Notes: generated by a model not told the origin, from the letters alone. Shown: positions 17,899-26,616, numbered from the stretch's first letter. The stretch is 64,000 nt of DNA from an uncultured bacterium (GCA_937900255.1 CALCDZ010000004.1:100413-164412); one strand, 5' to 3'. Made by a program: numbers and translations.

Positions 17899-18783
17899 AT
17901 GGCGATGAGACTCCTCAAATACGGCATCGGCATCTTCATGCCGGAGGCGCCCGAAGGCTTCGACCCTTCCGGCCTGCTTGAGGTCGCGCCGAAATCTTTC
18001 GACATCCCGGCGGGAGAGGATGCCGGACTGATCGTGCTCGAAGCCCCGGCCGGCCGCGCGTCGCTCAGGATCGCGATGGGCACTGGTTCCCGGGCGCGTT
18101 TCGTCGAGATGACGCGCTCCGCCAGGGATCTGCGCGTCGAACTGGTCCTCGGGGAAGGGGCGACGGCGGAATATCTTTCCGTCGCGGGCGAGTCCGCCTT
18201 CGAATCGATCCGTCGCGAGGCGCATCTGGCGAAAGGGGCCCGCCTGAAATGGATCGACGCCTGCCTTTCGCCGGAGTTCTCGAGGACGTCTTCGGTGACG
18301 TTTCTCGAAGGCGAGGGCGCCGAGGTCGCTTCGGTCGGCCTCCTGATCGGCTCCGGCCGCCAGCGGTACGATGCCTGGCACGAGATCCGACACCTGGCGC
18401 CGCGGACCGTTTCCGACCTGAAGGTGCGCGCGCTCCTCTCCGGCGGCGCCAAGGCGATCGTCCGCGGCCTGGTCCGCGTCGAGAAGGACGCGCCGGGCTG
18501 CAGCGGTTTCCAGCGCGAGGAGACGCTGCTGCTTTCGGAGGACGCCGAGATCGACGCGGTGCCGAACCTCGAGATCGAGAACCAGGACGTGAAGTGCGGC
18601 CACGCCGCTTCGATCGGCCGTCTCGACAAGGAGAAGCTGTTCTATCTGATGTCGCGCGGCCTTGACCGCGCCGCCGCCGAGCGACTGCTCATCGACGCCT
18701 TCATCGAGCCGTTCCTCGCGGCCGTCACGGACGACGCCTTGCGCGCTTCTCTCGCCGAGACGATCGCCGCCAAACTCGCCTGA
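17899..18783 (+). CDS. sufD: Fe-S cluster assembly protein SufD
   Basis: 294 aa. SufB/D-fold C-terminus (LFYLMSRGL repeated as in SufB). Directly follows sufB. Confidence 0.85.
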   Translation: MAMRLLKYGIGIFMPEAPEGFDPSGLLEVAPKSFDIPAGEDAGLIVLEAPAGRASLRIAMGTGSRARFVEMTRSARDLRVELVLGEGATAEYLSVAGESAFESIRREAHLAKGARLKWIDACLSPEFSRTSSVTFLEGEGAEVASVGLLIGSGRQRYDAWHEIRHLAPRTVSDLKVRALLSGGAKAIVRGLVRVEKDAPGCSGFQREETLLLSEDAEIDAVPNLEIENQDVKCGHAASIGRLDKEKLFYLMSRGLDRAAAERLLIDAFIEPFLAAVTDDALRASLAETIAAKLA

Positions 18784-18784
18784 T

Positions 18785-19999
18785 ATGAAAAAACTTCCCG
18801 CCGACATCCTGAAGGATTTCCCTTCGCTCCATGCCATGGGCATGCGGGCCTACTTGGATTCGGCCGCTTCCTCGTTGACGCCGACGCCGGTCCTCGAGGC
18901 GATGGACGGCTACTATAAGGAATGCCGCTCCAACGTGCATCGCGGCATGTACAAGACGGCGGGGGAGGCGACGGCGCGCTACGAGGCGGCGCGTGGGGTC
19001 GTCGCCGGGTTCCTGAACGCTTCTTCGCCGGAAGAGGTCGTCTTCACTTCCGGCACGACCGCGAGCCTCAATCTGCTGGCGGCGTCGCTCGGACGGGAGC
19101 TGAAGCCTGGAGATGAGGTGGTGCTGACCGAGATGGAGCATCATGCCGACGTGGTTCCCTGGCAGGAAGCCGCCAAGCGTCACGGCTTCACGCTGAAATT
19201 CATCCCGCTCACGGAGGGGTTCACGCTCGACATGGATGCCGCCCGGGCCCTGATCGGCCCGAAGACCAGGATCGTCTCGGTGGCGCACGCATCGAACGCG
19301 CTCGGCACGGTCAATCCGGTGAAGGAGCTCGCCTCGCTCGCGCATGCGGTCGGTGCGAAGCTGATCGTCGACGCCGCGCAGTCCGTCCCGCATATGAAGG
19401 TCGATGTCCGCACGCTCGACTGCGATTTCCTTGCGTTCTCGGCGCACAAGATGCTCGGGCCGACCGGCGTCGGCGTCCTCTGGGGCAGGAAAGGCCTGCT
19501 CGAGGCGATGGAGCCGACCCAGTACGGCGGCGACATGATCCGCGAAGTGAGACCGGAAGCCTCGACATGGAACGACGCGCCTTGGAAGTTCGAAGCCGGG
19601 ACGCCGAACGTCGCCGGCGTGATCGGTCTCGGCGCGGCGGTCGGTTATCTGCAAGCCATCGGCATGGAGCGCATCGAAGCGCATGATCGCGCGCTCGCGG
19701 CCTACGCGATCGGGAAGCTCTCGGAGATTCCGGGGCTGGAGATCGTCGGCCCGAAAGCGGGGGAGCGCATCGGCGCGATCTCCTTCACGGTGGAAGGCGC
19801 GCATCCGCATGACCTGGCGACCCTGCTCGACCGCGAAGGCGTCGCCGTCCGCGGCGGACACCACTGCGCCATGCCGCTCATGGCCCGGCTGGGGCTCTCC
19901 GGCACGACACGCGCCAGCTTCTACCTTTATAATGACGAGAGCGATGCCGATGCGCTCATCGACGCCATCCTCAAGGCCAAAACGGTCCTCAAGCTATGA
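18785..19999 (+). CDS. sufS: Cysteine desulfurase SufS (class V aminotransferase)
   Basis: Start at MKKLPADIL, 1 nt after the sufD stop. PLP Lys motif SAHKMLGPTGVG. Active-site Cys in RGGHHCAMPL. Confidence 0.9.
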   Translation: MKKLPADILKDFPSLHAMGMRAYLDSAASSLTPTPVLEAMDGYYKECRSNVHRGMYKTAGEATARYEAARGVVAGFLNASSPEEVVFTSGTTASLNLLAASLGRELKPGDEVVLTEMEHHADVVPWQEAAKRHGFTLKFIPLTEGFTLDMDAARALIGPKTRIVSVAHASNALGTVNPVKELASLAHAVGAKLIVDAAQSVPHMKVDVRTLDCDFLAFSAHKMLGPTGVGVLWGRKGLLEAMEPTQYGGDMIREVRPEASTWNDAPWKFEAGTPNVAGVIGLGAAVGYLQAIGMERIEAHDRALAAYAIGKLSEIPGLEIVGPKAGERIGAISFTVEGAHPHDLATLLDREGVAVRGGHHCAMPLMARLGLSGTTRASFYLYNDESDADALIDAILKAKTVLKL

Positions 20000-20370
20000 A
20001 TGACGAGCTCTACCAGGAAAACATCCTCGACCACAACAAGAACCCGCGCAATGCGGGCCGGATCGAAGGCGCCTCGAGGCAGGCGAAGGAGCTCAACCCT
20101 TCGTGCGGCGACGCGATCGAGCTGTTCCTCAAGCTGGACGGCTGCGACCGCGTGCAGGACGTGAAGTTCGACGGCCACGGCTGCGCCATCAGCCAGGCCT
20201 CCGTCTCGATGCTGACGGAACGCCTCAAGGGCCGACCGCTCGCCGAGGTGATGGCTATCGACGAGAAGGATATCCTCGGGCTGCTCGGCATCGACGTCGG
20301 GCCGATGCGGATGAAATGCGCCATGCTCTCGCTGCGCACCCTTAAGTCCGCGCTCGCCTGCAAGAAATGA
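19996..20370 (+). CDS. sufU: SufU/IscU-like Fe-S scaffold / sulfur acceptor
   Basis: NPSCGD, GHGCAIS and MKCAML Cys motifs. 124 aa. Confidence 0.85.
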   Translation: MNDELYQENILDHNKNPRNAGRIEGASRQAKELNPSCGDAIELFLKLDGCDRVQDVKFDGHGCAISQASVSMLTERLKGRPLAEVMAIDEKDILGLLGIDVGPMRMKCAMLSLRTLKSALACKK

Positions 20371-21107
20371 GTATGCCATCCCTCAAGATCGATGACCTGC
20401 ACGTGAAGCGCGGCGGCAAGGAAATCATCAAAGGCGTCTCTTTGGAAATCAGGAAGGGCGAAGTCCACGCCCTGATGGGCCCGAACGGTTCGGGCAAGTC
20501 GACGTTCGCCAACGCCCTGGCCGGACATCCGGGCTGCGAGATCGCGGAAGGCCGCATCCTCCTCGACGAAGCGGACATCACCAGTGCCGCGCCGCACGAG
20601 CGCGCCAAGGCGGGGCTCTTCCTTTCGATGCAATCGACGCCGGAGATCGCTGGGGTGACGCTTTCGAGCTTCCTGCGCACGGCCTTCAACGCCGTGAAGC
20701 AGCCGCCGCTCTCGGTGCTGGAATTCCATGCCCTGCTCCAGGCGCGGATGGAGGACCTCAAGATCGACCCGCTCTTCGCCCGCCGCCATCTGAACGTCGG
20801 CTTCTCCGGCGGCGAGAAGAAGCGCGCCGAAGTCCTCCAGCTTTCGGTGCTCTCGCCCTCTTACGCCGTGCTCGACGAGACCGACTCGGGGTTGGACGTC
20901 GACGCGCTCAAGATCGTGACCGATGGCTTGGCGCGCCTGCGCGGAGCGGACATCGGCATCCTGGTCATCAGCCATAACCCGAAGATGCTCGAAGCGCTCG
21001 CGCCCGACCGCGTGCACGTCATGAAGGGCGGCGCCATCGTCGCCGAGGGCGGCAGGGAGTTGGCCGACCGGATCGGCAGGGAAGGCTATGACGCCATGAG
21101 CGGCTGA
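20367..21107 (+). CDS. sufC: Fe-S cluster assembly ATPase SufC
   Basis: Walker A GPNGSGKST, ABC signature FSGGEKKR, Walker B AVLDETDSGLD. Confidence 0.95.
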   Translation: MSMPSLKIDDLHVKRGGKEIIKGVSLEIRKGEVHALMGPNGSGKSTFANALAGHPGCEIAEGRILLDEADITSAAPHERAKAGLFLSMQSTPEIAGVTLSSFLRTAFNAVKQPPLSVLEFHALLQARMEDLKIDPLFARRHLNVGFSGGEKKRAEVLQLSVLSPSYAVLDETDSGLDVDALKIVTDGLARLRGADIGILVISHNPKMLEALAPDRVHVMKGGAIVAEGGRELADRIGREGYDAMSG

Positions 21108-21109
21108 AT

Positions 21110-21400
21110 ATGACGATGAAAGAAAAGATCACGGAAGTCTTCAAGCATCAGATCGATCCGGAACTCGGCATCGACATCTGGACGCTCGGGCTGATCTACG
21201 GCTTCGACCTTTCGGAGGACGAGGAGATCCTGCATGTGCGCATGACGTTCACGACGCCGCTGTGCCCGTTCGGTCCTCAGCTGATCGGAGAGCTCAAGCA
21301 GGCTCTGCTGATGCTCGGCCTTCGCGTGGTCGACATCGAGGTCACTTTCGACCCGCCCTGGACGCCGACCGAGGAGCTCCGTTCCATGCTGGGCGTATGA
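21110..21400 (+). CDS. sufT: SufT/DUF59 (MIP18-family) Fe-S assembly protein
   Basis: 96 aa with IDPELGIDIWTLGLIY and TTPLCP motifs. Confidence 0.75.
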   Translation: MTMKEKITEVFKHQIDPELGIDIWTLGLIYGFDLSEDEEILHVRMTFTTPLCPFGPQLIGELKQALLMLGLRVVDIEVTFDPPWTPTEELRSMLGV

Positions 21401-21462
21401 CGCTCGATATTGCTTCGGCGCAGGCTCAGGGCTATCATGGGTCGTGAAACGAATCTTCCTCA

Positions 21463-22032
21463 ATGACGATACGGCTCGCGCGACTGCGTGACGCGCTCAA
21501 GGAAACTTTTTCGGACCCGAAAGGATGGGCGGCCGCCGTGTCCGGCTCGCTTTTCGTGATCCTGCTCGCGATGCTGCTGCCGAGCTCGCATCTCCTGAAG
21601 TTCGTCCTGGGCGAGCGGCAGTTCAGCGCCTGGCTCAAGCTCATGACCGCCTTCCAGGTGTTCTGGAACGGGCGCATCGTATTCGTCCATGAAGGCGGCT
21701 GGTTGACCTTGGTGATGGCTGGGCTCTTCGGCTTGAACGCGGCGATGATCGCTCACTATATGCGTCGGCAGGTACGCCTCAACCGCACGGCGGGGGCGAG
21801 CGCCGTCGGCGTGCTGATCGGCCTGCTCGGCGTCGGTTGCGCCTCGTGCGGCTCGGTCTTCCTCTCGAGCCTCCTGGGCGTCGGAGCCACGGTCGGCGCC
21901 CTCAGCTGGCTGCCGCTGCACGGCCAGGAATTCACGTGGATCGGCATCGCGATCGTCCTGGCTTCGATATCAGCCATCGCGAGGAAGATCGTCGAGCCTG
22001 CGTCGTGCGCGCTGCCGTCCAGGAGCCGCTGA
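21463..22032 (+). CDS. Hypothetical membrane protein (about 5 TM; GCASCGS motif)
   Basis: Hydrophobic helices. Directly downstream of the suf operon. Confidence 0.5.
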   Translation: MTIRLARLRDALKETFSDPKGWAAAVSGSLFVILLAMLLPSSHLLKFVLGERQFSAWLKLMTAFQVFWNGRIVFVHEGGWLTLVMAGLFGLNAAMIAHYMRRQVRLNRTAGASAVGVLIGLLGVGCASCGSVFLSSLLGVGATVGALSWLPLHGQEFTWIGIAIVLASISAIARKIVEPASCALPSRSR

Positions 22033-22034
22033 AT

Positions 22035-23207
22035 ATGGCCGCATTCGACGCGCTCGGTACCTATTCCGTCCAAGTGGTCTCGCTGCCCGAAGAGCTCGAT
22101 CGGGAGGCGCGGCTGCCGTTCGAATTGCGGTTCCTTTTCAAGAACGATCCGGCCAGCAAGGCGAAGGTCTCGTCGCTGCTCTCCTCCGGCAAGGCGATCG
22201 GCGTGCGGACGATCGAGCGCGCTCCGGACCGCCTGCTTTCCGCGATCCATCGCGTCAGCGTGCTCTCGCAGCATCATTGCGTGCTGACCTGGCTGCCGGA
22301 ACTCCTGCGCGAGAAGCATCTGCCGACGATCGCCGAAGCCGACCGGGCCGCCGCCCGCGCGGAAGGGCACGACCTTGATGCCGACCTGCGCGAGATCCTC
22401 GATGCCCGTTTGACCTTCAAGCGGCTGGTGCTGGTCGACGAGGACAATCTCGGCATCGGGAGCGAGGAGCGCCGCCTGATGACCGAGCTTTCCGAGACGC
22501 TCTACCCGCTTTCCATCGACCACATCGTCCACCGCCTCCTCATCGACAATGCCGACCAGCGCACCGAAATCGCCCAAGGCATCCTGAAAGCGCTTCTCGT
22601 GATCGGCCCGATCGCGCACGTGCTCGAGAAATGGGCGAGCGGCGTCGGCAAGATCTTCGCGGCTTCGACCGACGATCTCCTGGGCGAGACGGCGGAACTC
22701 ATGGCGCTGCGCGGCTCGGGTTTCTCCTGGAAGACGCTCAGCAAGCGGTTCCTCGTGCTCGTGCCGGTCTTCGGCTTGGCGACGTACGGCGCTTTCCATG
22801 TCGACGCCGTGCTTGCTCGCGGGTGGACGCTCGCTGCCGGAGCGCTGTTCGGGCTCTCGGCCGTGGCGCTCTCGCTCACGACGGCCATCCAAAGCATCGG
22901 CCTGTACCGGGCATCCGTACGCGCGCTGAAGCGGGAGGGGAAGCTGCATGCGCATGGCGGCCGATCGGAGCTCGCGGAGGCGATCCGGCAGGACTTCACC
23001 AATCCAGCGCGTCTCGGCCTGTTGCTCGGTTCCGTGCTGGCGCCTTTCACCGGCATGCTGGCGGCCGTCTTCGGAGGGCTGCACAACGGCTGGGTCCTGG
23101 CGCTCGTCGGTTCGACCGAAAGCATCGCCGCCGGCCTCACCGTCGTCTTCTCGAACCGCATCAGCGACTGGAAGTTCAAGCGCAGGCTCGAACGGAGTTT
23201 GCGGTGA
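22035..23207 (+). CDS. Hypothetical protein with a C-terminal multi-TM region (390 aa)
   Basis: In-frame ATG 3 nt after the upstream stop. N-terminal soluble helical part and C-terminal TM helices. The overlapping minus ORF 21756..23084 is low-complexity. Confidence 0.5.
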   Translation: MAAFDALGTYSVQVVSLPEELDREARLPFELRFLFKNDPASKAKVSSLLSSGKAIGVRTIERAPDRLLSAIHRVSVLSQHHCVLTWLPELLREKHLPTIAEADRAAARAEGHDLDADLREILDARLTFKRLVLVDEDNLGIGSEERRLMTELSETLYPLSIDHIVHRLLIDNADQRTEIAQGILKALLVIGPIAHVLEKWASGVGKIFAASTDDLLGETAELMALRGSGFSWKTLSKRFLVLVPVFGLATYGAFHVDAVLARGWTLAAGALFGLSAVALSLTTAIQSIGLYRASVRALKREGKLHAHGGRSELAEAIRQDFTNPARLGLLLGSVLAPFTGMLAAVFGGLHNGWVLALVGSTESIAAGLTVVFSNRISDWKFKRRLERSLR

Positions 23208-23216
23208 CGCGTGGCG

Positions 23217-23846
23217 TCACGCGCGGCGTTCCGGCCACTCCAGCAGTTCGGCCGCGCGGACTTCGATCGGGTCGCAGCGGCGAAGGGAACTGATCTGCCC
23301 GCGGTTCATGATCGGGAAGTGTTTCGCCTGGATCAGGTATTCCGGCACGTACCAGACGTCCTGCTCGTCCGTCAGCCACCCGCGCCGGTCGAAGCGTGAA
23401 AGATCGATCGCTCCCGAGTAGGAACGCAGGCTTTTCCTGTCGCTCTTGAGCGGCGTGTATTCGTGGAAATAGGACATCACCAGTTCGCGGATGGTGCGGT
23501 AGACCGGCTCGCGGTAGCGCAGCGAAAAATGGTTGGTCTTGGAGACGGCACCCCAGCAGCCATGCCGGCGGAAGAGGGCGATGACGTGGTCGTCATCCCA
23601 GATGGCCGCTTCCAGGTCGAGGATCAAGGGACGCTCGCCGTGGAAACGGAAGATCGCGGCGGCCAGCATCGCGCCTTCGATGCAGTGGGCGCGCCGCTCG
23701 CGCAGCACGCGGCGAGGGGAGAGGCAGGTGTCGCCGTCCGGCTCGCGGTTGATCGGGATGGCGTTCAGGAAATCCTGCACCTTGGACGGCGTGTCCAGGC
23801 GCATGAAAAGCGTCCGTTCCGTTCTCGTCAGTTCAGGGAAGCGCAT
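23217..23846 (-). CDS. Transglutaminase-like (papain-fold) superfamily protein, putative
   Basis: Candidate Cys/His pair in AHCIEGAMLAAAIFRFHG ... DDHVIALF ... WGAV, spaced as in TGase-like cysteine peptidases. Confidence 0.4.
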   Translation of the reverse strand: MRFPELTRTERTLFMRLDTPSKVQDFLNAIPINREPDGDTCLSPRRVLRERRAHCIEGAMLAAAIFRFHGERPLILDLEAAIWDDDHVIALFRRHGCWGAVSKTNHFSLRYREPVYRTIRELVMSYFHEYTPLKSDRKSLRSYSGAIDLSRFDRRGWLTDEQDVWYVPEYLIQAKHFPIMNRGQISSLRRCDPIEVRAAELLEWPERRA

Positions 23847-23870
23847 GTCCTGGCGGGTGATCGGCGAGCT

Positions 23871-24170
23871 TCATGCGGATTTCAGGACGGCGATGACGGC
23901 GATCGTCAGCCAGGCGGCGTTCAGGAGCGCGGGCTGGTAGGCCCGCTTCTTCAGGGAGACGATGATGATGCCGAACGCGCCGGTGATGTTCAGCATCTGG
24001 TAGGCAGCGTCGGCCGGATGCAGCCAGCCGAAGCTCGACAGCGCGTAGGCGGCGACGATGGCGGCGGCTCCGTACCATCCGAGCGCTTCGATCAGGGTAT
24101 GCATGGGGTGCGTGATTTCACGGACGATCATACCACGCGCCGCCGATTTTTTCATCCGGCGCATTGACAT
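23871..24170 (-). CDS. Small membrane protein (2-3 TM), hypothetical
   Basis: Hydrophobic 99-aa ORF (EALGWYGAAAIVAAYALSSFGWL ... AFGIIIVSL). Confidence 0.45.
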   Translation of the reverse strand: MSMRRMKKSAARGMIVREITHPMHTLIEALGWYGAAAIVAAYALSSFGWLHPADAAYQMLNITGAFGIIIVSLKKRAYQPALLNAAWLTIAVIAVLKSA

Positions 24171-24281
24171 TTTCCGCCGCCCGTGCTATCCTGTACCTGC
24201 AAACACAAAGCTCTCGGCGAAGGCTTCGGCCCCCGCCTCCAAGCCGCAATTTGCGGATTATTCACGCTCACGCACGAACGT

Positions 24282-24479
24282 ATGAACGGCATCATCAAGC
24301 GCTTGACCGATCGCGGGTTCGGCTTCATCACCCCGGAAGACAACTCCAAGGACGTCTTCTTCCACTCCGAGGCCCTCGTCGACGTCGCTTTCGACTCGCT
24401 GAAGGTCGACCAGAAGGTCACCTTCGAGGTCGAGGATTCCGAAAAGGGTCCCCGCGCCGTCAACGTCCGCCTCGCCTAA
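24282..24479 (+). CDS. cspA: Cold-shock protein (CspA family)
   Basis: MNGIIKRLTDRGFGFITPEDNSKDVFFH with RNP1/RNP2 motifs. Internal ATG of ORF 24183..24479. Confidence 0.9.
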   Translation: MNGIIKRLTDRGFGFITPEDNSKDVFFHSEALVDVAFDSLKVDQKVTFEVEDSEKGPRAVNVRLA

Positions 24480-24495
24480 CGGCGAGCGGCGACGG

Positions 24496-24526
24496 AAAAA
24501 GCCCGCCTACGGCGGGTTTTTTCGTA
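24496..24526 (+). terminator. Intrinsic terminator (GCCCGCC-TAC-GGCGGGC followed by TTTTTTCG)
   Basis: Perfect hairpin plus T-tract 17 nt after the cspA stop. Confidence 0.65.
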
Positions 24527-24607
24527 TCTTGCGTATCCGCGCGTCCTTGGAGGCCGCGGCGGGATGCGTTAAGATGGAAGCGATCCTAACGACCGACGCC
24601 GCCCATC

Positions 24608-25549
24608 ATGTCGACCAAGCGATGTCCGCACATCGGGCTCGCCGCGGCTTTCTTCGCGGTCCTGCTCTCCGTTTCCGGAGGCCGCAGCGCGATCGCCGCC
24701 GTGCCTTCCGCGACTTCTACGCCCTCGAGTCCGAGCGACGCGCTCTGCCCATCCGGCGCGCGGTACGATTTTCCGACCAAGCGCTGCAAGTGCACGGCCG
24801 GTTTCATCACGGTCGATGCCCGATGCCTGCCGGGCGCGACCGGCTGCATCAGCGAACACGGTCCCTATTCCCGCTACGACGACGCGAAGCAGGCCTGCAC
24901 CTGCCTGCCTGGCTACGCCTGGAACGCCAAGAAGACCGAGTGCATCGATCGGACCATCGCGTGCCGCGCCCAGCTCGGGGAGGACGCCTATTACGACATC
25001 CCGGCCTCCTCCTGCGTCTGCGGAGCGGGGTCCGTTTACGACACCGTCCTGCTGCGGTGCGTCACCGGGACGCTCTGGTGCGTCTCACGTTATGGCAGCC
25101 TCGCGACGTACGATGCGCTCATGCGCCAATGCGCCTGCATGCCGGGGCATCTCTTCGACCCTTCGAGGAACGGCTGCGTCGAGGACCTGCCGGTCCCGCC
25201 TTCGACCGACGCGGACGCCCAACCGGCGACCGGCACGGCTGACCTTCCCGACTCGCCGCCTCGACCGGAGAAGCAGGTGACGCCCATCTGTCCGCCCGGC
25301 ACGGCGCTCGGACTGGGCAAGAAGCGCTGCATCGCGATTCCCGAGCATTCGCACGCCGCGATCGGCAGCAAGACCGAGCTTTGGCGATGCGATGACGGGT
25401 ATGAGGAATCGGGCGAGGCCTGTCTTCTTCAGGCGTCGACATCCGTGCCGGAGACCCCTCCGGTTCCCGTCGCGCCGTCCATTCCGTCACGACAGGAAAA
25501 GAAGACCTGGTTCCAGGCCTTGGTCGGATGGTTCAAGGCGCTCTTTTGA
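24608..25549 (+). CDS. Secreted Cys-rich repeat protein (four C-x-C-x2-G-[FY] modules)
   Basis: Signal peptide. Four about 45-aa repeats (KRCKCTAGFITVDARC; KQACTCLPGYAWNAKKTEC; ASSCVCGAGSVYDTVLLRC; MRQCACMPGHLFDPSRNGC). Pro-rich linker. Confidence 0.6.
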   Translation: MSTKRCPHIGLAAAFFAVLLSVSGGRSAIAAVPSATSTPSSPSDALCPSGARYDFPTKRCKCTAGFITVDARCLPGATGCISEHGPYSRYDDAKQACTCLPGYAWNAKKTECIDRTIACRAQLGEDAYYDIPASSCVCGAGSVYDTVLLRCVTGTLWCVSRYGSLATYDALMRQCACMPGHLFDPSRNGCVEDLPVPPSTDADAQPATGTADLPDSPPRPEKQVTPICPPGTALGLGKKRCIAIPEHSHAAIGSKTELWRCDDGYEESGEACLLQASTSVPETPPVPVAPSIPSRQEKKTWFQALVGWFKALF

Positions 25550-25649
25550 AGCGTGCCTGGGTAGCGCGGGGGCTTGAAAAAACTTCGGAATCGTGCTTTG
25601 ATAGAAGCATCAAACGAGTCCGCGTTCGCGGACTCAAAAGGAGGACGTC

Positions 25650-25919
25650 ATGCGTGACCAGTGTCCCGTCCTTTCTTCGGAACAAGTCCAGATGTTCGCG
25701 GCGATCGGTCCGGATGAAGGCTCTCCGGGGGAGCGGGCGCGGGAACGGCATCGCTGCGCTCTCGTCAGGATCGGCGTCATGGAGCGTCGCGGTCAGGAGA
25801 TCCCGCCTTGCTTGCGGCGCTGCCGTGCGGAGGCAGCAGAGCTCCTTACCCCGTTCGAGGTGGACGTCACCTCGCTGGAAGCCGAGGCTGTCCTGGCCAA
25901 CCCGGACTTCTGGCGCTGA
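25650..25919 (+). CDS. Small hypothetical protein with four Cys (89 aa)
   Basis: Strong SD AAAGGAGG 6 nt upstream. Followed by a terminator hairpin. Confidence 0.5.
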   Translation: MRDQCPVLSSEQVQMFAAIGPDEGSPGERARERHRCALVRIGVMERRGQEIPPCLRRCRAEAAELLTPFEVDVTSLEAEAVLANPDFWR

Positions 25920-25949
25920 AAATCGCGCCGTGACGGCCGGCATCCATAG

Positions 25950-25981
25950 GAACGCGTATCCACGCGTTCCTTCTCATTTTC
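25950..25981 (+). terminator. Intrinsic terminator (GGAACGCG-TATCCA-CGCGTTCC followed by TTCTCATTTT)
   Basis: Perfect 8-bp stem and T-rich tail 30 nt after the stop of 25650..25919. Confidence 0.5.
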
Positions 25982-26094
25982 ATCGACGGATCCGACCGCC
26001 CGGGCGAAGGCCGTGCCATGCCGTCTTCCTCACGGGATTTGACCGCCTTCCGTGGAGGGGTCATCATGTGAACATGATTCATCGGTAAACCGAT

Positions 26095-26274
26095 ATGAAG
26101 AAAATCTCGCTGATGGCGTTCGCGGTCCTGCTCGGCCTCTCCGTCTTCAGCCAAGCCGCGGAAGCCAGGGGGCGGTTCGGCAGCCATCACGTCGGCGGAT
26201 ACACGAGCCACGGCAAGGGGAGCCACTACGTCGGCGGCTACGTGAGGACGTGCCACGGCTGGGCGTGCAGGTAG
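26095..26274 (+). CDS. Small secreted Gly/His-rich peptide (59-aa precursor: signal peptide then ARGRFGSHHVGGYTSHGKGSHYVGGYVRTCHGWACR)
   Basis: Not in the ORF track because it is below 60 aa. Classic signal peptide MKKISLMAFAVLLGLSVFSQAAEA. Internal HxVGGY repeat. C-terminal C-x4-C loop. Confidence 0.45.
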   Translation: MKKISLMAFAVLLGLSVFSQAAEARGRFGSHHVGGYTSHGKGSHYVGGYVRTCHGWACR

Positions 26275-26291
26275 ACGGGGATCGTACGGCC

Positions 26292-26576
26292 ATGCGTCGC
26301 GAACAGGCTTCAAGATTGCTCAAGGAACTGCGGCGAGGAATCGAGGCGTTGCGTGACGGCCAGTTGGACGTGGCCGATCAAGTGGCCTACGCCTTGTCCG
26401 GCCTCCTCGAGGGTACGGGCTCCGATGATGACGACCTTCTTGCCCATGAAGCCGTGGAAGAATACCTGACGTGCCTTGCCCGCGACCCTCGCGACTGGGA
26501 ACGCCCCGCCTCGTACTTCAACGCCCTCGTGCATCACCTATCCACGTCAAGGACCGACCAGGAATCCAGTGAATAG
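26292..26576 (+). CDS. Hypothetical acidic protein (94 aa)
   Basis: In-frame ATG of ORF 26052..26576, 18 nt after the peptide gene. Followed by a strong terminator. Confidence 0.4.
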   Translation: MRREQASRLLKELRRGIEALRDGQLDVADQVAYALSGLLEGTGSDDDDLLAHEAVEEYLTCLARDPRDWERPASYFNALVHHLSTSRTDQESSE

Positions 26577-26606
26577 AAAAAAGCCCATATAAATGGGCTT
26601 TTTTCT
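26577..26606 (+). terminator. Intrinsic terminator (AAAAAAGCCCAT-ATAA-ATGGGCTTTTTT)
   Basis: Perfect 12-bp palindromic hairpin plus T6, immediately before the island's left direct repeat. Confidence 0.65.
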
Positions 26607-26616
26607 GGTGGAGATG
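26606..26616. repeat. Left direct repeat (candidate attL) TGGTGGAGATG, identical to the 3'-terminal 11 nt of the tmRNA-like gene
   Basis: Exact 11-mer shared with 37228..37238, with a further CG two bases on. Lies at the GC-content transition. Confidence 0.5.

Noticed and set aside
16440-21017. Series of long minus-strand ORFs (16440..18629, 17854..18843, 18725..19864, 20010..21017) antisense to the suf operon
   Set aside because: They overlap unambiguous sufB/D/S/U/C genes and translate to low-complexity Arg-rich sequence.
21756-23084. 442-aa minus-strand ORF antisense to 22035..23207
   Set aside because: Composition (R/E/A/G-rich, no hydrophobic core) is much less protein-like than the plus-strand frame with TM helices.
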